DNA of 64,000 nt, taken from assembly GCA_965285935.1 (NCBI GenBank), contig OZ260662.1, positions 122,078,001-122,142,000 on the forward strand. Reading direction: 5' to 3'. Below, piece by piece: positions 12,156-24,747 of the stretch (positions within the stretch are counted from its first letter, which is position 1; every line of letters starts with the position of its first letter). A program made the translations under genes and the position numbers. The DNA is from Ophelia neglecta. Taxonomy: Eukaryota. A model generated the notes under the pieces. The model saw nothing but the letters and a program-made list of their open reading frames with translations. It was not told the origin of the DNA and did no database searches.

Positions 12156-15100
12156 TTTGTAGTATCAGGGCTTAAAGAGTGGGGTAGTTCAGAAACAACC
12201 ATCCATCAAGAAAAAATCGACGTTAAATATCCGAGTGTTGTACAGAGGAATCTTGGTGGTAGTATGTTTGCCTGTTTTGTTCTTGGACACAAATCATAAC
12301 AAAACCTTAATTAGATTCGTGTCGTGGTTAAGGACGAGAAAAAGCTTTTTTAGAAAGCTATATGAAATCGCCAATGGCTTGAAATTGATGAATCTTCTAT
12401 ATAAAATCCGAACGGCAGTATGTCCTCAATTTCGAAACTCACATTACATGCAAATCCCTCCATGATACCGATTGTTTATGCCATGAAAACATTAAGCCTT
12501 ATCTCTGTGATCTGTAATTAAAGCAACACCACATGACTTCAGTCAAGCCACTTGTCAGCACACAAACACATTTGTAGCAATACTGCGAGGCCTAATGAAT
12601 GTAAAAGTCTAACCATAACGGCAACATATCGACAAAATTAATGTCCTACAATTATCCTCAATAACTAAATTTCTTTTCCTTGACCCCTTGCAATTTCTCT
12701 TTATGCGATTGGGATATTTGATATCACATTTGATTAGAAGGAGTCTCAACAGATGGTGGTTAACAATGGCGACCCCTGGGTCAGAGTTAAATAGGCAGTG
12801 ATATATGGTATCAAGCATGCTTGAACACGAAACTTGTATGAAATGGATGATTTAGGAGTCGTACGAAGTTGAAATAGGTATAAATTATATTAAGTCATTA
12901 GTTGATTTGTGCTATATAAGTCCTGTTTTGAATTAATATGGGTTACGATATGTGAATACATTTCTTCCTTGCCTTGAGATATAAAGCCTTGCACCATGTT
13001 AACACAGGAAATACAAGTCCGCCAACCTGGCCTTGCATTGTTTTCATAACGACAACATAAGCTGCGCTGTATTTTTTTATGTTTATCGCCTTGCTTAACT
13101 CAATGCATTACAACTGAGCGATAATACAGTCATTGATAGAGCGCAGTCTGTTTACATCGCAGGTCGGGGACATATTTGTAACAATTTCTAACATAAATAG
13201 TTAAATGTCTACAGACCATTCTGGATGTGCGTTTTAAACTAACCGCATGCTTTGTTTCCGCGTACGTTTTAAGGTAAAGGCATTAGTAACAATATACAGT
13301 GTTATCTACAGCAGGTATTTTATTTCTTTTTTTTAAGTTTTAAGTTGAGATGCCACATTTGCTAAAGTAAATTACTTTCTGTTTATTTGGGCTGTTTCAG
13401 TTTAGAAGGAAAAAAAGGAAAACGACAAATCTATTTTACTTGTTTAAAAATATTATTGGTGAGAGACAGTGAGAGGTAAAGCTTAGAATTCAGGCTTGCT
13501 CGCTTTGTTAGGTTTGTACGTATAAAAGTAGAATGTCTGAGGATAAAGTATAAAGTATTTTCTCTCTTATTGATATATACATGTGTAATATTTGACAGCC
13601 ATGTGAGCGATAATACAATCATGTAGTGATCAACACACACTCAATTGAGAGAGGATTGACCTTTGCCACTTAGCAGTCATGCATGTTCAACATACCAAGC
13701 CATATTTTCTATAATGGGACTTTGCACAGACCTAGGTACACCTGCCTCCTAACATGATAGGATTACTATTGCACCATATATATCGGATTGCAGCCGTCGA
13801 TAAACAGAATTCTGTTGTTATCTATAATGGCCTCCAGGAGGCAGCATCCAACAGTTCAATAGCAAAACAAAGATACGGGGCAACTAAAGGTCACCAGGTT
13901 CAAACAACGATGAACGTCATTGAGGTTTAAACAAAGCCTAACAGCCATTTACTGTTTAACAACCTGTCATTTACCGCGGAGCAGTGTTTAAATAGTGTAA
14001 TGTACACATAGTCCTCCCGGGGCGGATCTATGATTCTCGAAATGCTTGGTCAGCTGTCACTTGTAGTTTGTGGGACTTGTGTGTATTTCAAGTCTGCGGG
14101 ATAAATAGTTAAGAAAGGGGTCCGGTCCCCTATGTCTTTCCCCTTAATCCGTCCTTGCACTATAAAGGATATGCATAGGTAACCCGGACATGTAGTAGGT
14201 GCGGCCTACCTACGCCAAGATATATGAAACATTCCAATCCTAATGGCCATTACGATACCAGAGAAAACAGACAGGACAGCCTTAGTCCGCACAGTGCTGA
14301 AGTATAACTTTAACAGCGTCTGCAGAGCGAAGCTATGTTTCTCTTTAGGGCTGTGAAGGCTGTGAAGGCTGTGAGGTGGTTGACACTTGCCAGTCAGTCC
14401 GGGAGCATTGACTTGGGTTTGGGTAAATTGTAAAAATCACGGCTTCTGGATCCCCAACCGCCGCCAGCCAATAGACCCGCTAGTGCTGTCTTTTCCTTAC
14501 CCTTGCACGCCGAGCCCCTTTATGACTTATATCATTTACTTTTAATAGACAGATAGCAGTGTTTCATGAACACAAGCAGTTTGTTGTTCTAGGTCATTCA
14601 TGACCAGACTAAACTATTCACAGAACTAACATATCTTCAACGGCGTGCTGCTTTTTACAATATTGTTTTCCATTAACCGGGACCACGGGTAGGCCGCTCT
14701 GTGACGTATAAATCTCCCCATCCCTTACCACGAGTAGACAGTTCAGTAATGTCTTCAGCAATGGCTCTAATATGTAACCGCGGGTAATCACCTCGACTAT
14801 CTCTATATCTGGCCACCCCTAAACTCGGGTAGGCATCTCGGCTAGGTCTCAATATGTCTATCTCTAACCTCTCATATTGATATATACGTGTACATGTGTG
14901 AGATTTCACAGCCACGTTCGAATACATGAGGTTATTACATGCAGTCAATTTTCAGGGGATTTGCATTTCCCACAGCAATAAATTAACATTAAAAGGTAAA
15001 CAAGATTTACCTACTGAACAAACATCGTGTGCTACTCTTGTAATAGTTTACTGTCCAGAAAATATCATATTGTTTACTTGTGAAACTGTAATCCGTGTAC

Positions 15101-17299
15101 AGTGTGCAGCTGCTGCCGGTATTGATACATTAATTAAAACGATAAAGTTCTATCATGACTATTTCCCGGTTTACAGTACTTGACAGAAAAATTATGGTTT
15201 CTGGTGGCTATAGCTGAAATAATATCAAACAATCTATATGCGTAAACGAGGCCTTTTATCAACACATGTATATCTATTAACACGGGTCCCTCAGAAGTCA
15301 GCGCTACTTAATATATGACGACCGAGGTTGTTTTCCAATGTGGACCAGTACGAAGTATGACGCTGAATGGATAAATATCATCAAGATGTCTGGCTCTGGT
15401 CATGTTAAGCTGACTGCTAGTGTGCTAAATACGCGATAGTTGTAATAGCTGGTAACAGATGGCAGCATGCTACGGCATCATTTCTTAAGCCACTCTTCAA
15501 CCTCAGCCTAGGGGTTGAGAATACTGTAAGCAAAGTAAGGTACATCACAGACAACACACAATGTCAGTTGACATGTATATATGATATAAACTGTACATTA
15601 TTATATTGTTTTGCCAGGTTACCAATAACCTTCGTCCACTTCATTAATCTATGATCGGGTGTAGACCTCTTTGCTGAATGTGGGTGTAGATCTGTTTGCT
15701 GATTGTAAATTCGGAGCATATAATAAAGTACATTAAATGCGGTGAGAGCTGGGTCTTTAGTATACACCCATGTATCATCTATTCAATAGGCCTCACGCCT
15801 TTACAGGTTTGTATGTTTTCATTGATGAATGTCGCATGTTTATCTGGCAAATACAGCCAAAGCTCAACGCGTCATGTTTAACGGTCTGTGATCAGGAAAC
15901 AGTATGTATGTAGTGTTTTCTAAACAGGGCCTATAAGGGGCGGAGTTATGGTTCGATTAATGACTCCACTTTCCTTTGAAGTATATTTGATAGTTGTTTA
16001 CATCAAGAGGGTGGCTGTTGGAAATTTATTTTGAGAAAACTGGCCCAGAATCCGCTTGTTCCTGTTAATCCGTCCCTACACTGCTTGACAACAAGGCCAA
16101 TGTACCAGACCACGTTTACTACAATTGTGCTTGGCAAGGAGCTATGGTGTACTGAATTATAATTTGAAAAACACCAGATACGAATCATTTCAATGCATGA
16201 CTATTAAGATGGTGTTTCTGCCGGCTGAAATGGTTTCTCAATGGCTACCAAAGCATGTTTAAAGGTACAGCATGTATTAATTATGAGCTGTTCACGTCTT
16301 CATACATGTTCGTATATTTATTATAATTGCTTCATTGTCTAATGACCGCTAGGTAGCGGCAGCGACATATCCATTACCACAACAGATACATGTAATGCAA
16401 AATAGGCCTAATCCTGCAAGTGGTTTAAATATGGCGATGGTTGTAAGCCTGTACTAGCCTATGAATTTCAAAGCTCTTAATTTGTCGCGTCAATAACAAG
16501 CTCATTGGCCGAATGGCGAAAGTCAATCTCGAAAAACGCATTTATTAAAAAAAATCAGTTTAATTCAGAACGGCATACGAAGACTAGGAAAGTTTTCCGC
16601 AAAAAAATCTAAAGCAACTGAAATAGGCCCTAGGCCCAAAAAGCCGCGTTGTACAAATTCGCAAGTATGGCAAATATATTTTGTCTATATTACTAGAAAC
16701 AACTGCGGTTCTCCGTCAAAAACTGTATAATTAATGTTCTTACCTCAAATTCTATATTTCATATCCAGGCCATCGACTGTGAAAACATATTCTACGTACA
16801 CTCCTGTATATAAAGTGGAGTCTATGATATAAGTCGCATTCACGTAGTCAAGTGACTGCCTAAATCCTGCCACTGTTCAACGCTTATATGTCCAAATATC
16901 CTAGTGTGTTTGAGGCATAAGCATAAGGTCGTACGCTAAAATTTTCGGCAAACGGCCCAGTATTGTTTTCTATCCGCCAAAATTCTCGTGTAGGACTAAT
17001 GCTGGAATTTTTCCATTTACACTCGTACTGAATTGAACAATATGACAACCTAGTAGTCATACCCTGCTATAAGACGTGCATTTGTACATTGGACTTTATC
17101 GTATTACCATTCCCGACATACAATGTGTAAACTTGTGTGCTCTGGACTCTTGGCTTTCATCAAGAACCCTTGTGTATTTTTTAGTATAATCATGTTCATA
17201 GCACTCATGATTACCAAGAGAGGGTGGAGGGGCGGGTTCGGAATATTTGGATCCAATCTTCGAATAGTTTTTACCCCATCCACATATTAGCCCCCGCAA

Positions 17300-17403
17300 C
17301 CACCCCGACAAACAACACACCCGACCCCCAACCCCTAACCACACCCTCCACCAACCCCAGCCCCCCCCCCCCGACACACCCTCCATCAACCCCCCCCCCC
17401 CAC
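17300..17403. repeat. C-rich low-complexity tract (G-rich on minus strand)
   Basis: Runs of C/CCA; explains spurious Pro- and Gly/Trp-rich ORFs. Confidence 0.7.
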
Positions 17404-19029
17404 AGGCTTGCTGCTGTTAAACACTTTCAATGACAATGCTGTATAATAGGTAGAGGACAACAATAAATGTAGAATCCCTCCATCAAAATTTCAGGCAATA
17501 CATGGGTAAAAAGCCGATTATTCATGGACACCAGACGGTAGGCGCCGGGATAGCACAAAAGCATAACACGTCTAGCGCCTTGCAGCTGAGGTATAAAAAG
17601 TGAAAAATATACAACTAATCAAACCTTTAAAGTCCGCAGCTATAAAATGTTTACGTGCCAGGTTATGTACAATCGGGAAAGTCATTATTCGGCTGAAGCC
17701 GAAAAATTAACATTTAGGTAAAAAAAACCTGGAATAAAAACTAGAAAACGTTAATAAAAAATGCCATTTTGTGTTGTAAAGCTCCCTGAAGCGCCTTGGT
17801 GTGGCTGCTTGGGAGTGGGGTAGTCTCATGGGTAGGTTTGTCTGTGGTTTAAAGCCCGGAGCGGTAGCTCACTAGGTATATATGTGATATGTATATAGAC
17901 GAGCCGTTAATTAGCAAACATGGACAACATAGACTATAAAGTGTCAATTTAAACAGGTTCTTCTTGGGACAAAGTACATAAATATATTAAGCTTAGATGT
18001 TCCCAGGCTTGAAATATTTCTAATTTATATATTAAACGCGTAAATGTGTCGGATATTTTAAAGGGAATTTCAATAAATTATCATAAGCACTTTCTCTGCT
18101 AAATCAACTAGGTTGCTTTGTCAGAGTGAACCAGTCAAAGCAAGCCTTAGACATTCCTGCATAAATTATCTCCACCCCTGCATCAATTACTGCCAGCTGT
18201 CAAACTGTTGGTTTTACTGAGATATGTGTTAGGTGTGGCTAATATTATGCTTAGAAGTTTTAAAAGATTAAATCATAATATAAAATACAACATTTCGGTA
18301 ATTCAGCGAATCCTTAACAGCTATCTTTATAAAAAGAGATTTCAAAAGTACGGGATGACAACAGAACAGCGTAAATATAACCATATTTGGCCATAGGGGA
18401 GTTAATCCACCAGGTAGAACAGCCGAGCTGTAATCCTTCACATTCTTCATAAAATTCAGTGTTTACTCTCTATATTGTAATAGTAACACATTGAGGTAGT
18501 AATGAGGAGGTGAAAGCACAGATAATTATAAACCGTATCTTTTTTGTACAAAGGGCATAGTTACGTGTCTTGTTTTTCTAGACAGGCATTTTGTGTCTAT
18601 TTATGCCTTCGATGAGCGATGTTCTTGAGGAGTAGCCCGATAGGTGACACCACCCTACAGCACGGTATTGGCCATTGAATGGGTACAAGTAGCCTAGTGC
18701 ATGCAGTTACTAGCCACCCTGGCGTCATTATGAGAAGTCACCTACCTTATGTACCGTTTGATGTAGACACTCTGGCATTGTGATATGTACCGGCCAGTGG
18801 ACGTTTTCTTAGAACTGCCATCTGTAACAACAGTGTTGTCACCTTTCAGTCCTAAACTAAGTATATACTAATTGTAGAGTATCGATACACTTGGGTAGAC
18901 AATGAAGTCGACCCACAATGATCTCTACCCACCGAGTTTAGTGGTAATTACTTGAGGGTCACGGTAAGGGTCAGGGTAGGAGCTAATACGGTACACTTGG
19001 GGTCTATAAAGTTAGGGTTATGGTGTCAA

Positions 19030-20030
19030 TAAGAGCAACGTCTGCCTTTTTATGAAGTATTCAAGTAATCACAGTTATATCATTCTTTCAAATATACACT
19101 CGATTAAAAACGTCATAACGATTGGTAGTTGTTAATACTCAGCTTTACTACAATAATGTTCTCAAATGACTTAGTTAGTTAGGTATATAACTTAGTTAGC
19201 TTTATTACTTTTTGAAATTACCATGCCAATATGAAAGCATTTGGATTCGCGTTCACTCTCGTTTACTCGCTTCCACTCGCGTTCTCCGCGACAATATATA
19301 TATGTATATATCACGCAAGTTTGACACCACGCAGTGACGACCGCGAAGTCGAGAGTGCATGGCAATTCACGGGGAAAACAGACTGTAACAATTATGGAGG
19401 GATAGGTGTACTAAATTTTACCAAGCAAGACAAATGCTTAAAATTAAAGCAGGGTCCCCGGTTTATTTCTAGCAGCTAGAACATAATTCAGATGGTTAGG
19501 TTTTTACAAGGTATTATCTGGAAGTATCGGATACATCCTTTGGAATTGTCAATCATAGAATGTCCCAGACCATTTCGTAGAAACTATAACAGCATGGCAA
19601 TCATCGTGATTTACGAAATGTAAACCAAAACACAATGAGTATTATTTATTGAATATGTATTTCTGGCCACATATATTAAAAAAAGAGCATGGAGAATGGA
19701 AGTCTATGTACTGTATATTTTCTTAGCTGCACTTAAGTGAGTATACTAAAGTTTACGGAATCCTGGTGTTAATGATTGGTTTAGTAGTAATAAGTTATGT
19801 CAGAGGGACCAAAGCCCATTATCACATTGCACACATGTATTAGACAATCCAATAAAATTAACAAAATACGTGGTAATGAACCAACACTATTAACAAACTC
19901 TGGTAAGTTGTGTATTAATCAGATCTGGACACGAGAAACAAGGAATTTGTATGTAAAATCACAAATTAAATGTTGGTGTTGTGTGCACAAAGGAATCAGA
20001 AGTCTTGCAGCGTTTATATTACTAATCTTT
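19030..20030 (+). mobile_element. Fossil L1/Tx1 ORF2 remnant (paralog of 5780-7020); re-duplicated at ~24790-25790
   Basis: NNYGGIGVLNF motif at ~19387; nucleotide similarity to 6770-7020; possible decayed C-terminal Cys motif near 19970-20020. Confidence 0.5.
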
Positions 20031-20896
20031 CATAATTATCCACTCTAGTCGGAACTTTCTGAATATAGTACATTTTGATAAGGCGATGGAATAAAAATTG
20101 TTATTCACAAACTAGTAATGTTGCGACAAAGGGGCAATTTTATGTCCTTAATCATGCAAAATATGCAAATCATATGGCAAAATATATACCTCTGGTACTA
20201 GAAGGATCTCCCGAATGTCTCATCTGATTGGTAATCTATTAATATGTAAGTGTCCCTACACAGTCCAATTGACAGATTAAGAATAAGAAACAATAAATCA
20301 ATGTTTAGACACCTCGTGCACCACTTTCACAAAACTTGTAACCACTTGCATATGTAGACTAAATGATTAATTCGCTTGTAATTTTTTTTGAACCCGATAA
20401 AAATCGACTTTGTCTGCTCTTTGTCCAGGTCTAGCACCAAATGTTTACGTTATGTTGTCAAATAGACTCCCATAGCAAACAAAGTATGTATCCTATGCAA
20501 TAGGATCTTGAATGAATGATTAATTAAATCAATGGACTAATATTCTGACTAGGAAATTATAAAAGAAATAAACGTCAAATTGAATTTTATCTGTCATATC
20601 CAAACATATAGCTTCCAATTGGTGATCAACACATTTTATATGCCTATCGCTGGCGATTTTGTCAAAATCTTAGTGGGGTCATCCTGGTCTTTTCCTTTCT
20701 TTTTTTCTTCTCATTATTGTTGGTATATAGGTTGTTATTCTTGGACCAAATAGAATATTTCTGGTATTTCTTTCTGATACCTATCACAGACAAACAAATA
20801 TTGTGGCATGAAAAGTCAGTATTAATAATTTGACCTTGGAAAAGAGATCAAATTCATAGGATATATCAGGTTACATGAGTAAAAAAAGCAAAAGGG

Positions 20897-20990
20897 TGTG
20901 CCACCCCTGGGATGAGTCGAACCCACGAGACCGAAAACATATGTGTCACAAAAAGACACCCTTCTTAAGCGCTACGCCACGGAGGAACAC
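20897..20990 (-). mobile_element. tRNA-derived SINE-like head (second copy ~26650-26745)
   Basis: Minus strand TCCGTGGCGTAGCG (A-box-like) and GTGGGTTCGACTC (B-box); no intact cloverleaf. Confidence 0.5.
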
Positions 20991-21175
20991 TCTAACCCTG
21001 ACAACAAGACATGGTTCTGTAGTGTAACAAAGGGGTCACTCTGCTCGCTGAGAAGGAAGGATGCTTATCACCGCTTATTCGTACTCGGTCAGCCTTTCTA
21101 ATCCGAATAGGCGCCGGCCACTTTGGCAGTTCTATGATTAGTACTGTTTTGTATCGGAAATGTCGGAGTGTCGGA

Positions 21176-21420
21176 CCCCCCCCCCCCCCCCCCCCGTGTG
21201 TGTGTTGGGGGGGGGGTACTCTCTATATAAACGTATAAGGGTATGTGCCTCCCCAAAATAACCCCTTTTTTGCTCCCTCAGACCTCACAAGGCCCTCTGA
21301 AAGACCCCCCCTTTTTTATAAATTCCTTTGAACCCCCCCCCCCCTTTCACAACTCCCTGTGAAAGACCCCCTTGTTCACAATTGGTTGGTTAAAACATAT
21401 TTATTTACACCGTGATTTTT
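21176..21420. mobile_element. Probable non-autonomous DNA transposon end (GGGGGGTACTC...GGGTATGTG type)
   Basis: Poly-C/poly-G start, ggggtactctctatataaacgtataagggtatgtgc, and repeated aaagacccc motifs; family not determinable. Second copy ~26930-27165. Confidence 0.4.
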
Positions 21421-21530
21421 TACAATAGCAAAAGCTAATCGGGGTAAGTATCACGAGATAACGAAAAGAAATAAATATTTACAAGTTGTCACATGCGTAA
21501 GGAATATAGAGACGTATGGTGCGTGTTATG

Positions 21531-21586
21531 GGATGGATGGATGGATAGATGGATGGATGGATATGGATGGATGGATGGATGGATGA
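21531..21586. repeat. (GGAT)n microsatellite (second copy ~27273-27330)
   Basis: Read directly; ~75 bp from the Gypsy LTR end. Confidence 0.9.
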
Positions 21587-21661
21587 TTTCGTGCCTGCGG
21601 GGTCTACATAGATGCAAACATGTTTAGCGAATGTGACTTAGTGACAAAAGCCCAGTACTAA

Positions 21662-22728
21662 TGTAACCAAGGGGGGGAAGTGAGTCGAAGTGACACGTCC
21701 ACTTAGGTACATAAAGTTTTATTCACTCTCTGTAGCTTACAACCCGCCTGTATTGTAAACACCTGTAACAATTAAAACTCTTTCATAAGCTACAAGCAAC
21801 AATTCAGATGCAACTTTAGAATTGTACATTTGATACTTTGATACTAAAACATATATACACCTTTACCGTTTGATAATATAGGATAGATACAACATATTTT
21901 ATGATATTCAACTTTCATACCTAATACCGGCATACAATTCTATAACACACTAATTTAATAGTGCGCACCCTAATCAAAACCATCACATTTCATAATCACA
22001 AATACGAGTGTATACCTTGGGTAAAGGTGCTGACTTGCCAATTGACAATTGGCCCAGGCTTAAAGGATGAATACAAACTTCAACAGGACATAAACCTAGA
22101 ATGCACAAGAAGACCAATCTAAATTAAGTGTGCAAGCAGAATGAGTGACAATCGGGACATTATTTATCTAACTATTTATCTAAAAGCAACACAGCATATT
22201 GCCCACCTGGTAAGTATAGTAATTTACAGCTAGGGCTACACAAGAACTAGATTTCCCCAACAAACACAATAGGCAGTACAGCATATTGGTCACAAAGTAA
22301 GAACAAGTACATTATATAAATAGCTTGGGCTGATTGAGGTAGAAATTATATTGACAAACCTATTTATGACAGTCCTAAACACAATATAAACATCTGAACA
22401 GGTCCTCTCGTAGCAAACTCCCTAGGCCAACTGTGCAGGATCAATGCAAAGTTTTCCCTCCAAAATGTTGAGACAAAGGGTGGGAGCCAGTATTATAATT
22501 GGCTACCACGCACACATAATTAGGTGAAACCTGGGTCAGAAGTCAAACTCTGACATACAAATTGAGAGGTCACCAAGGTTGGCCCCAGTTATATGCATCA
22601 GTGAACCCAGCTGATTTCAGGACAATAACAAAGACACTAGCCAGCATAAATTAAATTACCTAATGTCAACATTAGCACACAGAGCATATTATAATGTAGG
22701 GAAAACAGGTAGATATGACACTGTTACA
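21662..22728 (-). repeat. LTR1 (full, 1067 bp)
   Basis: TGTAAC...GTTACA inverted termini; PPT adjacent; minus-strand AATAAA at 21718-21723. Confidence 0.93.
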
Positions 22729-22915
22729 TCCTTCCCCACTTAGTTTAAATGTCAACATGACCTTATAGGGCAAACTGACATTACGCCCTACCAACAAGAC
22801 AACAACTACACATAAAGTACTGAACCTAACTAGACATATAATTTACAATGATATACAATATATAAGTACCTACTGCCAGTAACACAGCATAATTTACTAT
22901 ATATAAGTTGAACAC

Positions 22916-24747
22916 TTATATGGAACCATTGTGCCAAGCAAATGGACTGGTGCCTGTGGATGTGTTTTTTATCTGAATAATGTAATTCAGTAGATAATTA
23001 CCGTCCCTCAAACGTGCTGGCAACCTGCTGGTCCTTGCAGAGCGAAGGGGAGGGGGAGGTGTAGGATTTGGGTTTTGGACTGGTACATTACGGGGGGGGG
23101 GGGTTTCAAGGTCTCGAGGGATATGCCGTGGGGAGGTGGATACCTCAGCTAAGGGTGTAGTTTGCACCTCTATGGTAAGCACCTCCGCGTCATCATCTCT
23201 TATTGTCTCACTAGCAGGTCCATTCCCAGTACCTTCATCATCGGCTTCATGCTCAGTGTCCGTATCATGGAAAGTAGTCTCAGTATGGTGGGCAGGGTCA
23301 ATATCATGGGTAGCGCTCACTGATTTCGTGGTGGGTTGGGTTTCAATGGTTGTAAGTAGTATTGACACTTCTTCCTCATACTCTTCATCAGTGTCTGCGT
23401 TACCACTCTCACTTGTCTCCTTCCCTCCGTCAACTTTAGAAGGCTGAGCACATGGGGTTACATGTTGAGAGGCCTTCTTGGGAGTACCATTGGGGTCTGG
23501 TAAGTCTGACACAATTGGTCCAATAGGTAACAGATTATTTCTGTGCAGAGTACGGACTTTGGTCTTGGGTTGGTCCTCTGGCCGCACTTGTAATACAGGA
23601 ATGTCCGGGTTCGGTTGTTTGACTACGACATATACTGGTTCTTCCCAACGGTCGGTGAGTTTGTGTTTGCCTTCAAACACTAATTTCTTAACCATAACTC
23701 GATCGCCCGGCTCAACAACAGCTCCTCTTAATCTGGTGTCGTAACCCTCTTTTTGCTTCACACGGGCTCTCTCGGCATGTTCATTCGCCAGCTGATATGC
23801 CTTTTTCAAATTTTCTTTGAGTTTTCCTACATACTGTCCATAGGACTCTGGTTTCTGGTCCAAGCACCACGTCGATTGGGAGTTTTGGGTTCCTTCCGAA
23901 CATAAGAAGTAAGGGGAGTATCATGTACTCTCGTGACGTGTTAATTTATAGGCATGGACTAGCCAGTCGATATGCATTTTCCAGTCTGTCTTCTGTGTAG
24001 GGTGGAGTGTACCGAGCATACCAAGGAGGGTCCTGTTCATCCTTTCTGTCATGCCGTTGCCTGACGGATGATAGGGTGTGGTACGAGATTTCTCCATTCC
24101 CGTCAACTGACATAGCTCATGTAATACCTTGCTTTCAAAATTCGCACCTTGGTCTGAATGGAGGCGTTTTGGGAAACCGAAGTAGGTGACGAAGTTGTGG
24201 AGCAGGGCGTCAGCAGTGATCTTTGCAGTCTGATTTCGAGTAGGGACCGCTATAGCGTACCTGGTAAAATGGTCTGTGATCACCAAAACGTTGGCGAAAC
24301 CACCTTTGGAGTTTTCTAGTGACAGGAAGTCCATGGATACCAGTTCCAAGGGCTGTGTGGTTTTAATACTGACTAGTGGGGCGTGCTGGTTGATTGGTGT
24401 CTTCCTCCTGATACAGCGATCACATCGTTTGACCCATTGCTTGATTGACTCGGTCATACCTGGCCAGTAGAATCGTTCTCGAATAAGTTGGAGAGTTCTG
24501 TCCTGTCCAGGGTGTCCCATATTGTCGTGCAGAGATTCCAATGCATGTCTCTGGAGGCTGTGTGGTAGTACAATTTGATATCGTTCTTCTTCGTTGATCT
24601 CTGCTCGGCGACATAACACTCCTCGTACCATCACTAACCGCGGCTGCTCTCTGACAAAGGGCCTTACTAATTCAGAAGGTATGGGACCACAATACTTGCT
24701 CTGGACCAATCTAATTACTTCACGGATGGCAAGATCGTCTTGCTGGG
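22916..24747 (-). pseudogene. pol: Truncated pol (integrase and C-terminal tail only)
   Basis: HHCC (HDNMGH..CDRC) and DDE motifs; TGA at 23921; 5' end cut by the duplication junction. Confidence 0.92.

Larger units (their letters stand above)
11690..19730. repeat. Old segmental duplication, copy 2
   Basis: Same collinear blocks as copy 1, e.g. caacaccacatgacttcagtcaagccact at ~575 and ~12525; agaccatttcgtagaaactataac at ~6871 and ~19567. Confidence 0.85.
18990..24745. repeat. Recent 5.76-kb tandem duplication, copy A (host flank + LTR + 3' pol)
   Basis: Near-identical to 24746-30485 (ORF offset 5756, e.g. 19231/24987). Junction tgctg-GG-tacac joins pol sequence to host sequence. Confidence 0.95.

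Noticed and set aside
17096-17433. Gly/Trp-rich and Pro-rich ORFs
   Set aside because: Products of C-rich low-complexity sequence.
19231-19479. 82-aa ORF with a signal-peptide-like start (also 24987)
   Set aside because: It spans an imperfect palindrome with a TA tract fused to an L1 remnant; the identical second copy is due to the recent duplication.
20897-20990. tRNA gene
   Set aside because: A/B boxes are present but there is no consistent cloverleaf or anticodon arm; treated as SINE-like. The same applies to 12000-12155.
21662-22915. Possible env or extra ORF downstream of pol
   Set aside because: Only ~190 bp of 3' UTR precedes the PPT, the rest is LTR, and no ORF is present; the IN tail is acidic/Pro-rich with no chromodomain.
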